Below, piece after piece: positions 40,136-54,119 of a stretch of DNA of 64,000 nt. A program made the translations under genes and the position numbers. The notes beneath the pieces are model-generated. The model did no database searches, was not told the origin of the DNA, and saw nothing but the letters and a program-made list of their open reading frames with translations. The first letter of the stretch is position 1. Each line of letters begins with the position of its first letter. Source of the stretch: Lama glama (lineage: Eukaryota); contig CM052817.1 in NCBI GenBank assembly GCA_028534125.1, positions 38,566,001 to 38,630,000 on the forward strand. The letters are read 5' to 3'.

Positions 40136-42585
40136 TTAAAAAATCACTAACGTAATAATCTTATAATGAAGGCATAAACAAACGAACAATGCTCGAATAA
40201 AATCAGCTACTCAGTCCATTTCATTCTACTTCTGAAATTTGAGAAGAATGCTTCAGATTTTTGAGTTGGGAGTCCACTTTGCCCTCCGTGAAGCTATGGT
40301 AAGGATGGGAAATTCTATTTAGGAAGGGAATATGTGAAACCAGTCTATCATAGCTTAAAAAAAAGAATTAAAATTAATACAGAATCCAAATCTTCACATT
40401 TCAAACATTTTAGAGTCTATTGCCTGTCTGCTAATGAAATAGCAAGTGGGATACAAGGTAGCGTGGCTACACCATAACTGCTACTCTTTACGCTGGCATT
40501 GACCCCTTATGCCCCAATGGGGCCCCACACTAACCAACCTTTAACATATTTACAGCCACTGTTAGGAGTTGGGATCAAGTGAAAAACAACACGTTATTGA
40601 CCCAATGAGCATTTTTCGTGCTCCCTTTGACCAAGATAGTAATTTTTTAAACATCAACAAAAAATGATTGCAAATATAATAATGCTTGTTGTAAACCTAA
40701 GTAGTATTTGTAGTTTAGTTGATGGTGGGAATCTATCACTTGTTTCATTTGCATCTCAGTGGAAGCAATCTAATAAAGTGTTTATTTTCTCAATTTGTCA
40801 TGCAAGAGTTTATCTGTTCCCTCCTCATGCTTGCGGGAAGTCACAATTCTCATTATTTTTTAAATAGAGTCAGTAACCCTTTTGTATTATGCAGAACCAA
40901 CCAATCAATCAACAAATATTTAGACAGTAAGTGCAATACGTTGGGAATAATAACAAAGGAGGCAACTAGAGATTGCAAAAGGGTAGGAGAGGTGAAGCAG
41001 ATGCAGAGGAGGAGCAGATGTTTTCGCAGTGCCCTCTTAGAAGGGATAAAGGACGCAGAGGCAGAGTGGAGAGGACCTTGAAAAAGCAATCTCTGTTCAG
41101 ATTCAAGAGCTAGACACAGATCAGTGTAAATGAGAGGTTAGTGCAGTTGGATCAGAGACTTAGTAGGCATCAGAATTAGGGGGAAGAATATATGACCACC
41201 TGGCAGTGGGCTGGGAGAGGTGGAAGGTGAGGAGAGGGGCCAACATGTTCTGAAAATAGGTAAGGAGTCTTCTGTCAGTAACCCCTGAGTAGACAGATAA
41301 AGTTGCTGTGTGTTTCCATCTAAACCAGTTTAGTAACTCCGTGCTTAGAGATGTGCCATTAACCATATAGTGTACACAATGAACCATTGATATTTAGTCT
41401 TTGAGCTCCACACGGCCCAAGTAGAAAAACTATTCACGTTTACGTGAGAAATCAACAACAACAAAAATCTTTCAATGAAGCACAATAATTCTTCCTCAGT
41501 TTCAAGTTTGTTTTGTGAAAGTTTTAATATTTTATTTCTGTGTAATTTTTAGCAACAATTTCATCTCCACTTTAGATTGATTAATGGGGATCATACCTTG
41601 ATGAGGATAATAAAAAAGATTTGGGATTTTTTAAAAAGTGACTGGTATAGAAAAATTGAGGTAAAATAAGTAGCAGAAGGGTTGATAATTTCTGAAGCCA
41701 AGTTTTGAGAAAGACAAGTCAAGAGAAAGTCACCTGGGGGCTTAAACTGCACTCTGGTGGTAGCTGTGTGAAGGAAGGATACACTGAATCAATAAATCTT
41801 ATTACTCGCACAGAACAAGAGTATTCCTTATGTAGGCTGAGACACCCCAAATTGTCTTACCAGCTGAGTGCATTAAACAACACACAATGTATCTTTTTTT
41901 AAATCAATATTACCTCAGGAGTACAATTTTTAATTCACAATGTCTCTAAATCTTTAACATTTCACTCTTTTATTACAGAAAATTTGCTCATTGTATACCT
42001 AACATATATATATATATATTAAGCTTTCCTTTCTTCATAATTTTGTCTATTGTATTGCCTCCTCAGATATCCTCGCTCCATACAAGCCCAACTTACTTTT
42101 TAGAATTGAAATCATGTTATCCCCTCTTGTAAATTCCTTCCCTACCTCTCTAAAGTAATCTGACATTCTGTGAACACTTAGAGCATATTTATATAACTCA
42201 TCAGAAAAACTAATGTACTACTTTTAAATATTTCTTATACATACAGTGAATTAGTAACATCTGACTCTATGACCAGATTATAAGATCCTTGAGGTCCGGG
42301 CCACATATTTTATGTAACACTGTATTTTATGTACGTACCACACCCCTTCACAAAGTGGATTGACCGTTAATTTGCTAAATACGAAAAGTTACACAAAATA
42401 TAGGCAAGTCATAAGTATATAACTTGCATTCCTGAAATATAACCTGTCGAGGATTGTTAGGACAGAAATGCTAATATTTTATTTAGGATTTTTTTGCATG
42501 TTATCTGTATTCATGATTATGGTAAACTGGTAAAAATGAAACTTTCCAGTTTTTCATCTTTTCTTTCTAAAACAGCCTAAATAGT

Positions 42586-43628
42586 GTTTATGGGTGTTTT
42601 TAGCTCACCAGTTCAGCAACTCCCTTCCTCCTCAGTTTCCCCCTATCATAAGGGAAACAGAAAATCAAAGGCATCAGGTTTTTAGTTTTGAGGGTAAAGA
42701 AAAGGTCCAAGTCTAAACTTCAGAAAGAAATATTTTGACAGGGCATATACATAAGCACAGTGAGTCTCCAGACCACCAGGTTCCTGACTCCAAGTCTCTA
42801 AACAGTCTCCTGTCAGTATGTGGCCTCTCCCTGTCCTCTCTCAATCCTCTACAGGGATGGAAAGGAGGCAAAGTGTAGACATTAGTAAAATCTCCAACAA
42901 AGAGCTAAGTCCTCCCGCACCCTTCCAAGGGGGCCCCCCTTCCAGCCCTTTGGCTCCTAAAGGAGAAGGGATGATTATAATCGCCCAGGAAATGCTGAGG
43001 ATTTGAGACCAGATGAGATCCTGTGCTCAGCTTCAGGTCTGGTTGCACCTGAAAGATGCTCAGCCCTACCCGGCTGAAATAGCTGGGTAAGACCTCTGCC
43101 TGATGTCCAGGAGGCCCGAAGGGAGGCTGACTCAAGTGGAGCCACTGTATATCCTAAGAAGGAATGAAAGAGCAGCCAAAGGTTCTTCTTCCTGGTAATC
43201 TGCACACTCTGAAGGCTGGAGAGGTCTCCCAAATGAGAGAGGGAATGGGGCAGAAGACAGTAATGGAATTACATGACAGGAAACCCTAGACGGCCAACCA
43301 GGACCCAGCTGATGACAATGAGGAGAGACTGCTACAACTGGGAATTGAATCCTTGAGCAAATGCCAAACCTGGGAGCCGGAGTTCCCACCACTGTATTAT
43401 GACTATACTTGAGGCTTTGAAATAAATGCTGTGCCAAGGAGAGGGAGAGGACGGGAGAAAACATGAAACGAATTATGTCTACCTGAAAATGGTTATTTTT
43501 CTGCTGTAATGGGGACCCGGAAATAATGTGGTTATTTCCAACGTGGTTAAGTTAAACTACAGAAAAACAGTGTGACATTTTCACAATACCTGAAAGGGTG
43601 GCTCAGAAATTTTGTAAATGACCCAATA
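42586..43628 (+). mobile_element. Ancient LTR, possibly Gypsy-type (MamGypLTR-like)
   Basis: ~1-kb GC-elevated block; the 3' end GTGTGACATTTTCACAATACCTGA resembles MamGypLTR termini as I recall them. Confidence 0.4.
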
Positions 43629-43999
43629 TAGAATTATCTGTTCCTTAAGGACCTTACAGTAGTGGCTTGTTAAACTAAGTCTTATACTTTTAGGGAGGGG
43701 TTGGCTGTTTTCCATCATGGCTAGTGATACATTCAGGTTTTCCAAATTCATTTTTGCATCAGTTTTGAACTATTACATTTTCTTAGAAATATCCATTTCA
43801 TTAAGCTTGACAAATTTAATACCATCAAGGTACCACGGGTACCATCACAGAGCATCTATCATCTCTTCTGTCTCAGTGGTAGAATCCTTAATTCCCAATG
43901 GTATATATTCATTTTTCTACCCTTTTTTTCCTCCATTAACTTTGATGAAAGTTTTAATTTTTTAATTGATCTTTATAAAAGAAAGAACAAAAAAATACT

Positions 44000-44248
44000 G
44001 AATGTAACAGTTTGAAGTTCAAGTTCTACAGTCAAAGACTAACTACAGTTGACTCCTGACTCAGCCCTTTGCTAGGAGACTTGGACTACATTACTTGATC
44101 TCTATATGCATTTTTTTCTTGCCTGTAAACTAGAGGCTAACAGTTGTACCAAACTTGCAGAGATAATTATGTAGATTAAATCAATTAATGCATGTATAAT
44201 GCTTAAAATGGTGCCTGGTATTACTGCTCAGGAAATATTAGCTATTAT
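44000..44248 (+). mobile_element. MIR SINE
   Basis: GATTAAATCAATTAATGCATGTATAATGCTTAAAATGGTGCCTGG...AATATTAGCTATTA 3' half. Confidence 0.75.
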
Positions 44249-44749
44249 GGTAGATACAGGTAACTGGTATTTGCACCCATTCCAGCCTATTTCAAATGTC
44301 ACTTTCTATACTGTAGCATCTGAAAACCCCATTCTCCAGATCCCTTTAAGGCAGATAAAAATCTGGATACAAATTAGATCCCATATAATCTAGCTGCTGT
44401 TATTGCCTGTCCCAAACACAGATTTTCTGCAAGAGCAAAGACCGGTTGTGGGTAGCAAAGAAGAAACGGCAGTGGTAGTGGGGTGGCTTCTGAACCAAGA
44501 TCACTGAGGCCTGCCTAAAGTCTCTGACATTGTGTTGTTGAATTTGGTCTTTCCACTTGTGGCCTCTTAAACCTCCATCTTCTTAATGTGGCAAGGTGGA
44601 AGTTGGCCGTGCAGTTCAGCAGTCTTTCTCAGCAGTCGCTGAAGGCCCAGCCCTACCAATTGTGTTCTAAGTACCAAATTTACTGTATGAAATTTCTATT
44701 GAAAATAGAATGGTTTCTGTTTCCTAAAGCTGATTATTGCTGAGTCCTA

Positions 44750-47310
44750 CTAATTTCTGCCATTCATTAATATCTGATTATCTTTATTCATTCCATTTAC
44801 CTGTATAGTTGTCTACTGTTATTTTTCTTGGTTCTTAGATATATTTCCTTCTCTTCTTTCCTTCTTTTTTTCTATCTCTCCGTCTTTCCTTTCTTCTATC
44901 CTTCCTTCCTTTCTGTCTTCTCTCATTCCTTCTAATCTTTCTTCCTTCATTTCTTTTCTTGCTTAAGAGTAAAAACATCAAATACTATATACTTTTCTCT
45001 GAGAACAGCTTTGGGTTTAACCTGTGTTTTGATATGTAGTACTGTTGTTAATATCTAACTAGTATATAATTGCAAGTTTCATTCCCTTTTTTAACTAATG
45101 ATTCTTTAGCAAAATATTATTTACAAGGATTAAGTAGTCCCTCTTTCTTCCTTCCTTCCATCCATCCTTCCTTCCTTCTTTCCTTTTTTCCTTCTTTCCT
45201 TCCTTTCCTTTCTCTCTTTTTTGTTACTTTTTAATTTGTCCAATTTTATTGCATTATGGTCAGATGGTTAGAAAATATGGCCCTTTTATATTTCAGAAAT
45301 TGTTGTAAAATTTTTTTCACTTAATGTACAATCAAATTTTATAGATGTTCTTCGACGCTGAAAAATGACATTCTTTGTGGGGTAAAAATCAATGCTTTTG
45401 TATTTTGTATATTATAAATTCTTTTTTTGCCTACTCTAAATTCTCCCATATGTATTTTTTCTAATTTCTTCTTTTATTCAAGTAGTTTTACCTAATATAT
45501 TATAATACATGTAATGTTTCATTAAGTTACATTTTTATTGTGAATTTTCTCCTTTTTGTAATAAAATTTGTTTAATGTGGATAACTTTTTTCTCAATTGT
45601 ATTCATTTCTTATAGTATGTATGTTTTCTTATTGCTTGTATTTGCTTAATATTCTGTTGCACAGTATTTTATAGACTTATTATATCATTTTGATCCATAT
45701 ATATTTCTTCATAAACAGCATATACATGAATTTTGGTTGTAGACATTTATTCAGTCATTAATTCATTTTTATCCTCTCTTTTTATTATGTGTCTGCATTA
45801 TGCTTTTAATTATGTTAGTAATTAACAAGATTTATTTATAAGAAAAGTTAGTTTCATAGAAGTGATGCACATTTATCATTTAAAAAAATCTAAATAAGCA
45901 ACTTACAAAAATGCAAAGGAAATAAGATTTATCATCTTGTTGCCCCAAAATAGCCATCAATAAACTTTAGTTAGCATAATTTCACTTTTCTATATTCAGT
46001 TATGCAAATAAAATCTTGTAAAATGGTGATTGAAGGATTTTTTTGGATAAATTATTTAATTAAAACTTAATTTAATGAAAGAAGAAACTGAAATGAAGCT
46101 GAAGGAATTGGTGAACTTGAAGTAAATGTTTCTTTATTACCACCAGTAATAAATTTCCAAAACTTTCCTCTAGAGTCAAGAAAACAATTAGAAGGTTGGA
46201 GTCATGACTTTCTATACCACATCTTGCAACTTTGCACAGTACCCAGGGCCTTTTTGTTTAGAAGATGGGGAGATTTGGGCACTTACAGTTTCTTCCAACA
46301 TCCTCTCCCAGAGTTGCATTACTTACATAATTAATTTTAAAATATCAAATTAGTAACATTTACATTTTATTCTACAATCAAAATTCTTGACACTTTTTTT
46401 GTAATGGCTTTATACTTGAAGGGATACAATGTTCATTATCAGTCCTTTTACCCCAGCTTCTCTTTTCTTGAGTTCTTTGTTACTATACACCTCTGAGTTG
46501 GCTGAATTTCGTTGCATACTTTTTTCAAGGAGGCTTATGGATGGTGTATCCCCTGAATTTCTGTACCCTTGAGAGGTGCAGAATGCGTCTGTGTCTTTCT
46601 CTTTATACCTGAAGGATAACTTGACTAGGGATATATCTTAGAGTCACACTTTCTTTCCCTCAGAAATGTATGGACATTTTTTCTTCTATTTTCTGGCATT
46701 TAAGTATTACCATGGGAAAATCCAAACAGCCTGATTTTTTTCACCTTGAATACTACTTGCTTTTCTGCATAGAATTTTCGCAGGATTCTGTCTTTATTCT
46801 TAATTCAATGATTTGGATACTTTCGGTGCCAGAATACTTTGAGGTGTACAGCATTCTGCATCAGTTTTTCTCTTGGATAGAGATTGCTTTTTCAAACTTC
46901 AAATTCTGGTCTTCATTTCCAGAAAGTATCATCTAATTCTCTTCTCTTATTTATTTAATTTCATTTGTTCTGTTTTCTTCCTCAATTTCTATTTCTTCCT
47001 CAAATTTCTTCCTTAAATCTATTTTCTTCCTTACACCTATATAGCATCTTTTTCATACCAAATCTATTATTTTTATATTACTCTGTTTTTTCATTCTGCA
47101 TTATGTGATTTCTTTATTTTTTATGTGATTTCTTTAGATCGTATATTCAATCTAGTTTTTTTCTTTTCTTTACCGCTTTCTTCTAATATAGTTGTTTTTG
47201 CCTGTTTCATTTATTTTCGGAGGTCTTCCATCTCAATATTTCCTTCCTTTCATGCCTTAAGCTGTTATTTTGAATTCTTGACTCTCTTCCTCAAGTTCTT
47301 CTATGGAGAG
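44750..47310 (-). mobile_element. Very old L1 (L1ME/HAL1-like) fragments with CT-rich simple repeats
   Basis: T-rich antisense L1 motifs (TTTTATTGCATTATGGTCAGA; GAAGGATAACTTGACTAGGGATATA). (TTCC)n at ~45145-45220 and a CT tract at ~44845-44960. Confidence 0.5.
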
Positions 47311-47313
47311 TGT

Positions 47314-47892
47314 TGTACTAGTTATCATTTGCTGTATAATTGTATCACCACAAACTTAGTGGCTTAAAACAACACATACTAGTTATCTCACAATTTCTGT
47401 GGGTCAGGTGTCTGAGCACAGTTTGTTGAGTCCTGTGCTTCAATGTCTCAGAAGGCTGCAATTATGTTGTCAGTTGGGGCTACTGTCTGATCTGAGGCTT
47501 GAATGGGGAAGGATCTACTTCCCAACACAACATGGTTGTTTGCAGGATCTAGTTCCTGGCAGGCTGCCAGACGGAGGGCATCATTTTCTTTCTGGCTAGT
47601 GTGTTCTTACCTCCTTGCTCTGTGTCCCTTTCCATATGGCATGGTGCTCACAACATGGTAGCTTGCTTCTTCAAAGCCAGCAAGAGAGAAAGTCTCCTAA
47701 TAAGGTGGGTTACAATCTTATGTAATGTAATCACATATTATTAAATCATATACATCCTATCCCATTTCCTGAACTCAATTGGTAAGAAGCAAGTCATAGG
47801 TCCTAATTACACTCAAGGAGAAAAGCTAACACAAAGGCGTAAACACCAAGAGGCAGAAATCATGAGGGCCACCCTAGAGTCTGTCCACCACA
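47314..47892 (-). mobile_element. MLT1F/G-like solo LTR
   Basis: CCACAAACTTAGTGGCTTAAAACAACAC...AGAAGCAAGTCATAGG...TCTGTCCACCACA. Confidence 0.8.
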
Positions 47893-47920
47893 CTCATGCT
47901 CTATGTGATTTCTTGCAGAT

Positions 47921-48355
47921 TGTTTTAGTTTCCTAGGGCTGCCATAACAAAAGATCACAAAATGGATGGCTTGAAACAACAGAAGTTTATTGATTCACAG
48001 TTTAGAGGCTAAAAGTCTGAAAGCAAGGTGTCAGCAGGGCTAACCCTCTGAAGGGTCTAGGAAAGAACCCTTCCTAGCCTCCCCTGCCTCCTGGCGTTCC
48101 CTGAAATCCCTGGCATTCTTTGGCTTGTAGATAATCACTCCAATCTCTGCCGCCATCATCCCATGACCTTCTTCCTATATGTGTCTCTGTTTGTCCTCTT
48201 TTCTTGTTATAAAGGTATCAGTCATTTGATTTAGGGCCCACTCTAATCCATATGACTTTGTCTTAACTAATCACATTGGCAGAGACTTATTTCCTAATAA
48301 GGTTATATTCTGTGTAAACATGAATTTGATGAGGAACACTATTCAATGCATGACA
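47921..48355 (-). mobile_element. MLT1B/C-like solo LTR
   Basis: TTAGTTTCCTAGGGCTGCCATAACAAA...AATCACTCCAATCTCTGC...ACACTATTCAA. Confidence 0.85.
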
Positions 48356-48516
48356 GAGACTATGGAAAAATACATAGTTAACTGTTGGTCTATTTATTAG
48401 ATAATTTACCTTGTACTGCATGCTCTTTATATAGTTCATTTCTCTTCTTTTTCTCTTCTTTTGGTTTTCTTATTTCTAGATTCCATCTTGATTCTTCTTA
48501 AAATTTTGGTTCACCC

Positions 48517-48638
48517 TTTTTTTTTAATTTTTTAAATTGAAATATAGTTGATTTAAAATGTGTTAGTTTCTGGTGTATAGCATAATAATTTGGTTATACA
48601 TGTATATATATAATTATTTTATGAAAAAGAATATGAAA
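48517..48638 (-). mobile_element. Very short L1 3' tip with poly(A) and an inverted 5' piece
   Basis: Poly-T followed by TTGAAATATAGTTGATTT...TTCTGGTGTATAGCATA, homologous to 56800-56870. Confidence 0.75.
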
Positions 48639-48699
48639 CAGATTTTGCTATAACTTTAATGAATATTTAATTCTGCTACAGAAGGCAAGAAAGATAAAT

Positions 48700-49022
48700 G
48701 AAGTGTTAGTTCTTCAGAGAAACAGAGGCAATAAGAGATACATATACATGCATATGTATTTATGTTTATGCATGTATGTGTATAACATACACAGTAGGAA
48801 TTGGATCACATAGTTATCGAGGCCAAGAAGGCCCTTGAACTACCATCTACAAGCAGAGAACCCGCCAACTGGTGGCACAATTCAGCTGGAGAATCGGGGG
48901 TGGGAGTCCTGGTCTGAGCCTGAGAGCTGGAAAATCAGGAGCACTGATGTTGTGGTGTGAGGGCAGGAGAAGACAGAGGTCCCAGATAAAGCAGAGACAG
49001 CAAATTTGCCCTTCCTCTGCCT
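48700..49022 (-). mobile_element. MLT2D-like ERVL LTR, partial
   Basis: CTTCAGAGAAACAGA...GGAATTGGATCACAT...GAGGGCAGGAGAAGA...AATTTGCCCTTCCTCTGCC; ends in a ~25-nt poly-T. Confidence 0.75.
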
Positions 49023-50189
49023 TTTTTTTTTTTTTTTTTTTTTTTGGTAACGGCAGAAATTGCAGCCTCCCTCACCTTCCGCCTTGCCTGTCTCTACCAC
49101 AGGAGCTGTAATAGTTATGTGTTTTCCCTGCCTTCCTTAGAGCTAGTTGTTGCCATGACACAGAGGACTTGTCAACAAGTTATTGGCAAAAATCTGTCGA
49201 GGGGTGGGGAGTGACGTGAGACTGCTGGCTCCTCTCTTCCTTCCTCATGCCACGTTAGCTCTAGCAATCTCCTTGGCTCGGGGAAAAGGCTGAAGGCTGT
49301 AAGAGGGCATGCCAGCCTGGTGTCTTCTTTGGTACACCATCCCTTCAAACTAGACATTCCATTTTTTCCCGAGGCTCCTCCAGGCCCAGAGCTTGCCCAG
49401 ATCACAGTCTTTCAGGACTGTCCTCTTCTTTAGAAAGAAATCTGCATTCTGCTCAAGGTTAGAGAAGGCATGCTTTGGTTTTCAGGACTTAGCCTCTTCC
49501 CTCATGTCATCTCACTGCTTGGTAAAACTACTTCCTATATTGTAATTTAGGGTTATATCATTTCCTTGTTTCATTGAAAATGAGGGATTTTCCCCCCTCT
49601 ACATTGTTTTTTAATTTTTTTTATTAGTAGTTTACAAGGACAGGAATGAAATACAAATGCCTTTATTTTGCCATCTTTAACTAAAAGCTTCTACTAAACT
49701 ACTGTTAAGAATTTTAATATAGTTATTTAACTTTAGATAATATTCAGAGTTCCGAGTAAATGGTTTATTTTTTAATTCTCTCTATTTGATGCAATGAATT
49801 TAGTACATTTTTCCCTTCTCCAACTTATCAGTCTTTGCTAATATAACATGGAATTTGGATCCAAGTTTTTACTGTATTAATATTTTATAGCTCTTCCTTT
49901 TTAAGAATTATCTATAATGTTTGCATTCAGTTTATAAGCAGATTTGCAGCCATTTTTTTTCACATATCACTCTTACTTAGTTTCATTGCTTTCAGACTGT
50001 CATTTCAAACCCTCATTTCCCATTGGCTCTTAATTTTGTGTCATATTTCAGTTTGGGGAGAAATATTTAAGGGATTTACTCTTAATTATATAAAGGTTAT
50101 CTGATAGAACATCTTTCTGTTGCCTTTATACATTATTAATTACATGGATGACTATAAAATTGTTTGGTTTAAACTTCCCCAGTTCAAGA

Positions 50190-50565
50190 ACAGTCAGTAT
50201 AGGCTAGGATGTATTATGTTAACAAATGACCCCCAAATTTCAGTGACTATAATCTTCAAGCTTTATTTTCATTTATACCACTATCTCTTGGCAGGTTGGC
50301 TTCACTTTCATGCCAGCACCTAAGCTAGTGGAACATCTGAAATGTTGTTGATTGTCCTGGCATAGGGCAAAGAGATCATGGCAAACTATGTTCTGGCCCG
50401 TAAGTATCTTCTGCTGTGACACCATCATTATACTTGCATTTTATTGTCCAGAGCAAGTCACATGGTCAAACCTACTGTCAATAAGGCAGGAAAGTACAAC
50501 TGTCCCCAGGGATGGACAGCAAATACTTATAAACAGTAAGTAAACAGTAATGCAACTTACCACAC
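50190..50565 (-). mobile_element. Old MLT1J/K-like LTR
   Basis: ATAGGCTAGG...TAACAAATGACCCCCAAATTTCAGTG...GCAAGTCACATGGTCAAACCT. Confidence 0.65.
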
Positions 50566-50624
50566 CCTACATATGTCGAAGACACTGCTCTGTTGTGCTG
50601 GGATTTCCCTTCTTAAAAAAAAAG

Positions 50625-51290
50625 GTCAAATGAAGAATACTACAACTGAAAGATAGGAACTAGGCATAGAAATAGGTTTAGGGGAAGATAATCATTTCAG
50701 TTTTAGAGACTGAGTATAAAGTATGAAGCAAGTAATTGGGTAGGAGGTTGAAGTATGGGGAATGGTCCGGACTGGGGATGTCAAGTTATGTAATCAGCGT
50801 GTAGAACTGAGTTCATAAAGGATTACTGAAAGGATCAGTGGAATGACAGCAGCACTTTGGAAAGCAAGAACTATAATGATAAGGCAGAAGAAACAGATTT
50901 GGTAAAGGAAACAGGAAGAATGGGTAGAGAATTTGAGAGCAGCCCAGAAGAAACAGTGTTATATAAAGTAAGGAAGAGAGCAGCAGGGAGAGACAGTATC
51001 GGCATTTCCAGAATAAGGATAGAGAACCTCTAGGATAAAACAGAAATTATTTGATGCAATAGGAGATCACTAGTGATTTTGGTGAGAGAAGTTTCAACAG
51101 AGTGCTAAAGTAAACGGGCAGTTGAACGACTCTTAGGATTTTGAGTGGAGAGATTGAGTATAAATGGAGTATAAATAGGCCACTGCTTTGAAAAATTTGA
51201 AGAAAAAAAAAAAAAAGAGGAGATTGGGAGATTTCCCTCCCAACTGAACAATAAAGAGACTTGAAAATGTTTAAAAAACTGGGGATTATA
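50625..51290 (-). mobile_element. L2 LINE fragment
   Basis: Purine-rich antisense L2 (GGGAAGATAATCATTTCAGTTTTAGA; AGGAGATCACTAGTGATTTTGGTGAGAG). Confidence 0.6.
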
Positions 51291-51294
51291 TGTC

Positions 51295-51318
51295 TGTGTG
51301 TGTGTGTGTGTGTGTGTG
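51295..51318. repeat. (TG)12 microsatellite
   Basis: Read directly from the sequence. Confidence 0.95.
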
Positions 51319-51463
51319 TATTCAGTCTTATTTTAACAGATGTTATTTCATAGATATGAAAGATGAAATTGCATGGAATTTAAAATTAAAATCAATCAGT
51401 GTTAATTATATTTAATAGTGTAAAATCCATGTACCTATGGTCAGTCTTTAATGTCATGGTATG

Positions 51464-51925
51464 TGTATTAGTCTGGGTCCTCCAGAATAATACAAACAAA
51501 ATCAATAGGATATATATAATCTATAGATAAAATGAGTAGATTCATTGTAAGGGATTGATTCATACAGTTATGGAGGCTGAGAAGTCCCAAGATATGCAGC
51601 CAGCAAGCTGGGGACCCAGGAGAGTCAATGGCATAAGTTCCAGTCCAAGTTCCAGTTCAAAGGCGGGAGAAGACCAAAGTCCCAGCTTAAAGACAGCCAC
51701 ACAGAGAGCATTTTCCCTTACTCTGCCTTTTTATTCTATTCAGGCCTTCTATGGATCAGATGAGGCTCACCCACATTGGGGAGAGCAATCTGCTTTACTC
51801 AGCCTACCAATTCAAATGTTAGTCTCATCCAAAAACACTGTCACAGATACACCAAGCATAATGTTTACCTAAATATCTGGGCACCCTGTGGTCCAGTCAA
51901 GCTGACACATAAAATTAGCCATCAT
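51464..51925 (-). mobile_element. MLT2B-like ERVL solo LTR
   Basis: TGTATTAGTCTGGGTCCTCCAGA...ATGGAGGCTGAGAAGTCCCAAGAT...CCAGTCAAGCTGACACATAAAATTAGCCATCA. Confidence 0.9.
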
Positions 51926-52719
51926 TATGGCTAAACAATTAAATTAAATTCAGTTTACTTAAAGAAAAATGAATGTTTGTTATTGCATCTATAATCTAAT
52001 TGATTTTATATGACCTCAATTTGAATTCAGAATGACTTAACTTCTTGACAAGGGGAGAACATAGAAATCTATTTATTAGTGACTGGTTCCATCTGGAAAC
52101 CTAAGCTATTGAGAAAAATTTTAAAATAAAACAAAGAAGCTGTAGGTTGTATTTTGGTTGACTCGTTTGTTATTGTGTCCCTCTACCCCCATCCCATTGG
52201 CTGGAAATTTCAAAAGTATAGCAAAAAAGGAATTCGATTTTTAAAGGCACATAAAGATAGCAGAAATATCAGGAGACAGGGAAGAACAGATGAGGAAGCA
52301 CAAAACATTTCAGTGATGCAGAAAATCTAGAAAAAACTAGATCTATGTTTAATTTCATTTATAATTCCTTCCCCAATACAATATTGTTTTGAAGATAGTG
52401 CATCCTCAAGTTAGCAAGCATTCTGATTGCGATAACTAGACTCAGCAGCCAATCTTAAAGAAAGAAAATATGTTTTCTTGTGTTATTGTGACATATAGGA
52501 AAGAAGCAGGAAAAAATAACAAATTAGTGTTTCAATAAGAGAAAATAGTGTGCATCTGCAGTCGTCAATAATCCAGCATGTTTTATTCATCCTTTTATTT
52601 GGTATACTTTCTTAAGTTATGATAGTTCCTAATTGCTTGATTCAAAGCTTTTCTATATGAATTGGAAAGTTTTTGTAAAGTGAAATGATGTTGCCAAAAT
52701 TGGAACAATAAAAAGCCAG

Positions 52720-53310
52720 AACAGACACAGTCATTGTCCTCACTGAATTTACAGACATAAGTCACTTATTAACATATAAAACTATAAAATTGCATCTGTG
52801 ATGACTGCTATGAAGGAAGGTTGAGTGGTTCTATGAGTTTTCAATGGTTGGATTTTGTGAATTAGGTAGTTCAGTGAAGACTTATTGAAGACAAATGAAG
52901 AATGGAGGGATGGGAATAGACTGTGCAAAGGCCCTGTGGCAGATGGAGCATGCCAAGATAGAGGAACTGAAAGCAGACCAGGGTGACAGCAGCAACTAAA
53001 GAACAAGAAATCATGATGTGAACTGATGCTATAGAGGTGTGTCGTGAACCAACCATGTCAGGTTCTGAGAGGCATTGAAAATTTTAAGAGAGAACAATGG
53101 ATTGGAAAGGATCCAAGTGAATGTAGGTAAACCGGATAAAAGATTATTGCAGTTGTGAAAGTGAGACTAGGGTAGTGCCAGAGAAAATGGAAAGGTTAGT
53201 ATTTCAGAGATACTTAGGGAGTGAACTGACAGTAGATGGTAATAGACTTGAAGCAGGGAATGAGAGAAATCAAAGAGTTAAGAATGTTGTCTTTTGAGGT
53301 TTCTGAGTAA
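52720..53310 (-). mobile_element. L2 LINE fragment
   Basis: GACACAGTCATTGTCCTCAC...GTGCAAAGGCCCTGTGGCAG. Confidence 0.65.
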
Positions 53311-54072
53311 AGCAATAAAACAAAAACTCCACTCAAGGAGAAAGTTTTAAAATACAGTTCTTGCACAAGTTTGAGGATTATATATAGCAATAGAGGACAG
53401 AAGCAAATGCTTATTAGACTTCAAATATAAACTGTTGGTAATGATTTGCCGCATTAGAGCAGAATGGAGATATTTCTGCACCATCCTGTACATGCTTCTG
53501 TTATAATTCTTAAGACATAATAATGTTTGGTTTACATCTGTCTCCTTCACTGAAATGTGAACTACATGAGAGCATACACTAGGTCTTATTTATATCTCCT
53601 GCAGGCAATCAAGTTTCTGGCATAGCAGCCCCTCACATATTTGCAAAGTGAAATAATTAGGTCAAGAATCAAACTTTAAAATTTTCTATTTTCCAAATTA
53701 TTTTTAGTGTGGTTATACATTTAGAAACAAAAAATCTTTATATAAAATTTACCAAATTCATAATTCCAAGTTAATAACTTCATTTACTCATTTACATCTT
53801 ATCCGTAAAACTAAACGTTGTTTTAGCTAAATGTGGCCTCATTACTGATACTGATCAGATTTAACTGTTGGCTGGCTTTGAAATAATACTAATAACAACA
53901 ACCGCAGCTAACATAGAATATAATCGGAAATTTCTGTAAAGGAGGCTGATTAATTTTACATCACCAGCACAGTACTTTCTAGCATGATTAAAGGATGTGT
54001 GGAATAAATAGCTTTTTCTTGAATTCCTTTATCCTCTTACAGATGTGTCAAAGACCACAATGTTTTTCATTC

Positions 54073-54091
54073 TGGTCAGCAGATGGCACTG
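54073..54091 (+). promoter_or_regulatory. Candidate CTCF binding site
   Basis: TGGTCAGCAGATGGCACTG versus consensus TGGCCACCAGGGGGCGCTA; differences are mostly at tolerated positions. Confidence 0.6.
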
Positions 54092-54119
54092 TTTACTTTA
54101 CTTAAGTAATCCAATGAGC

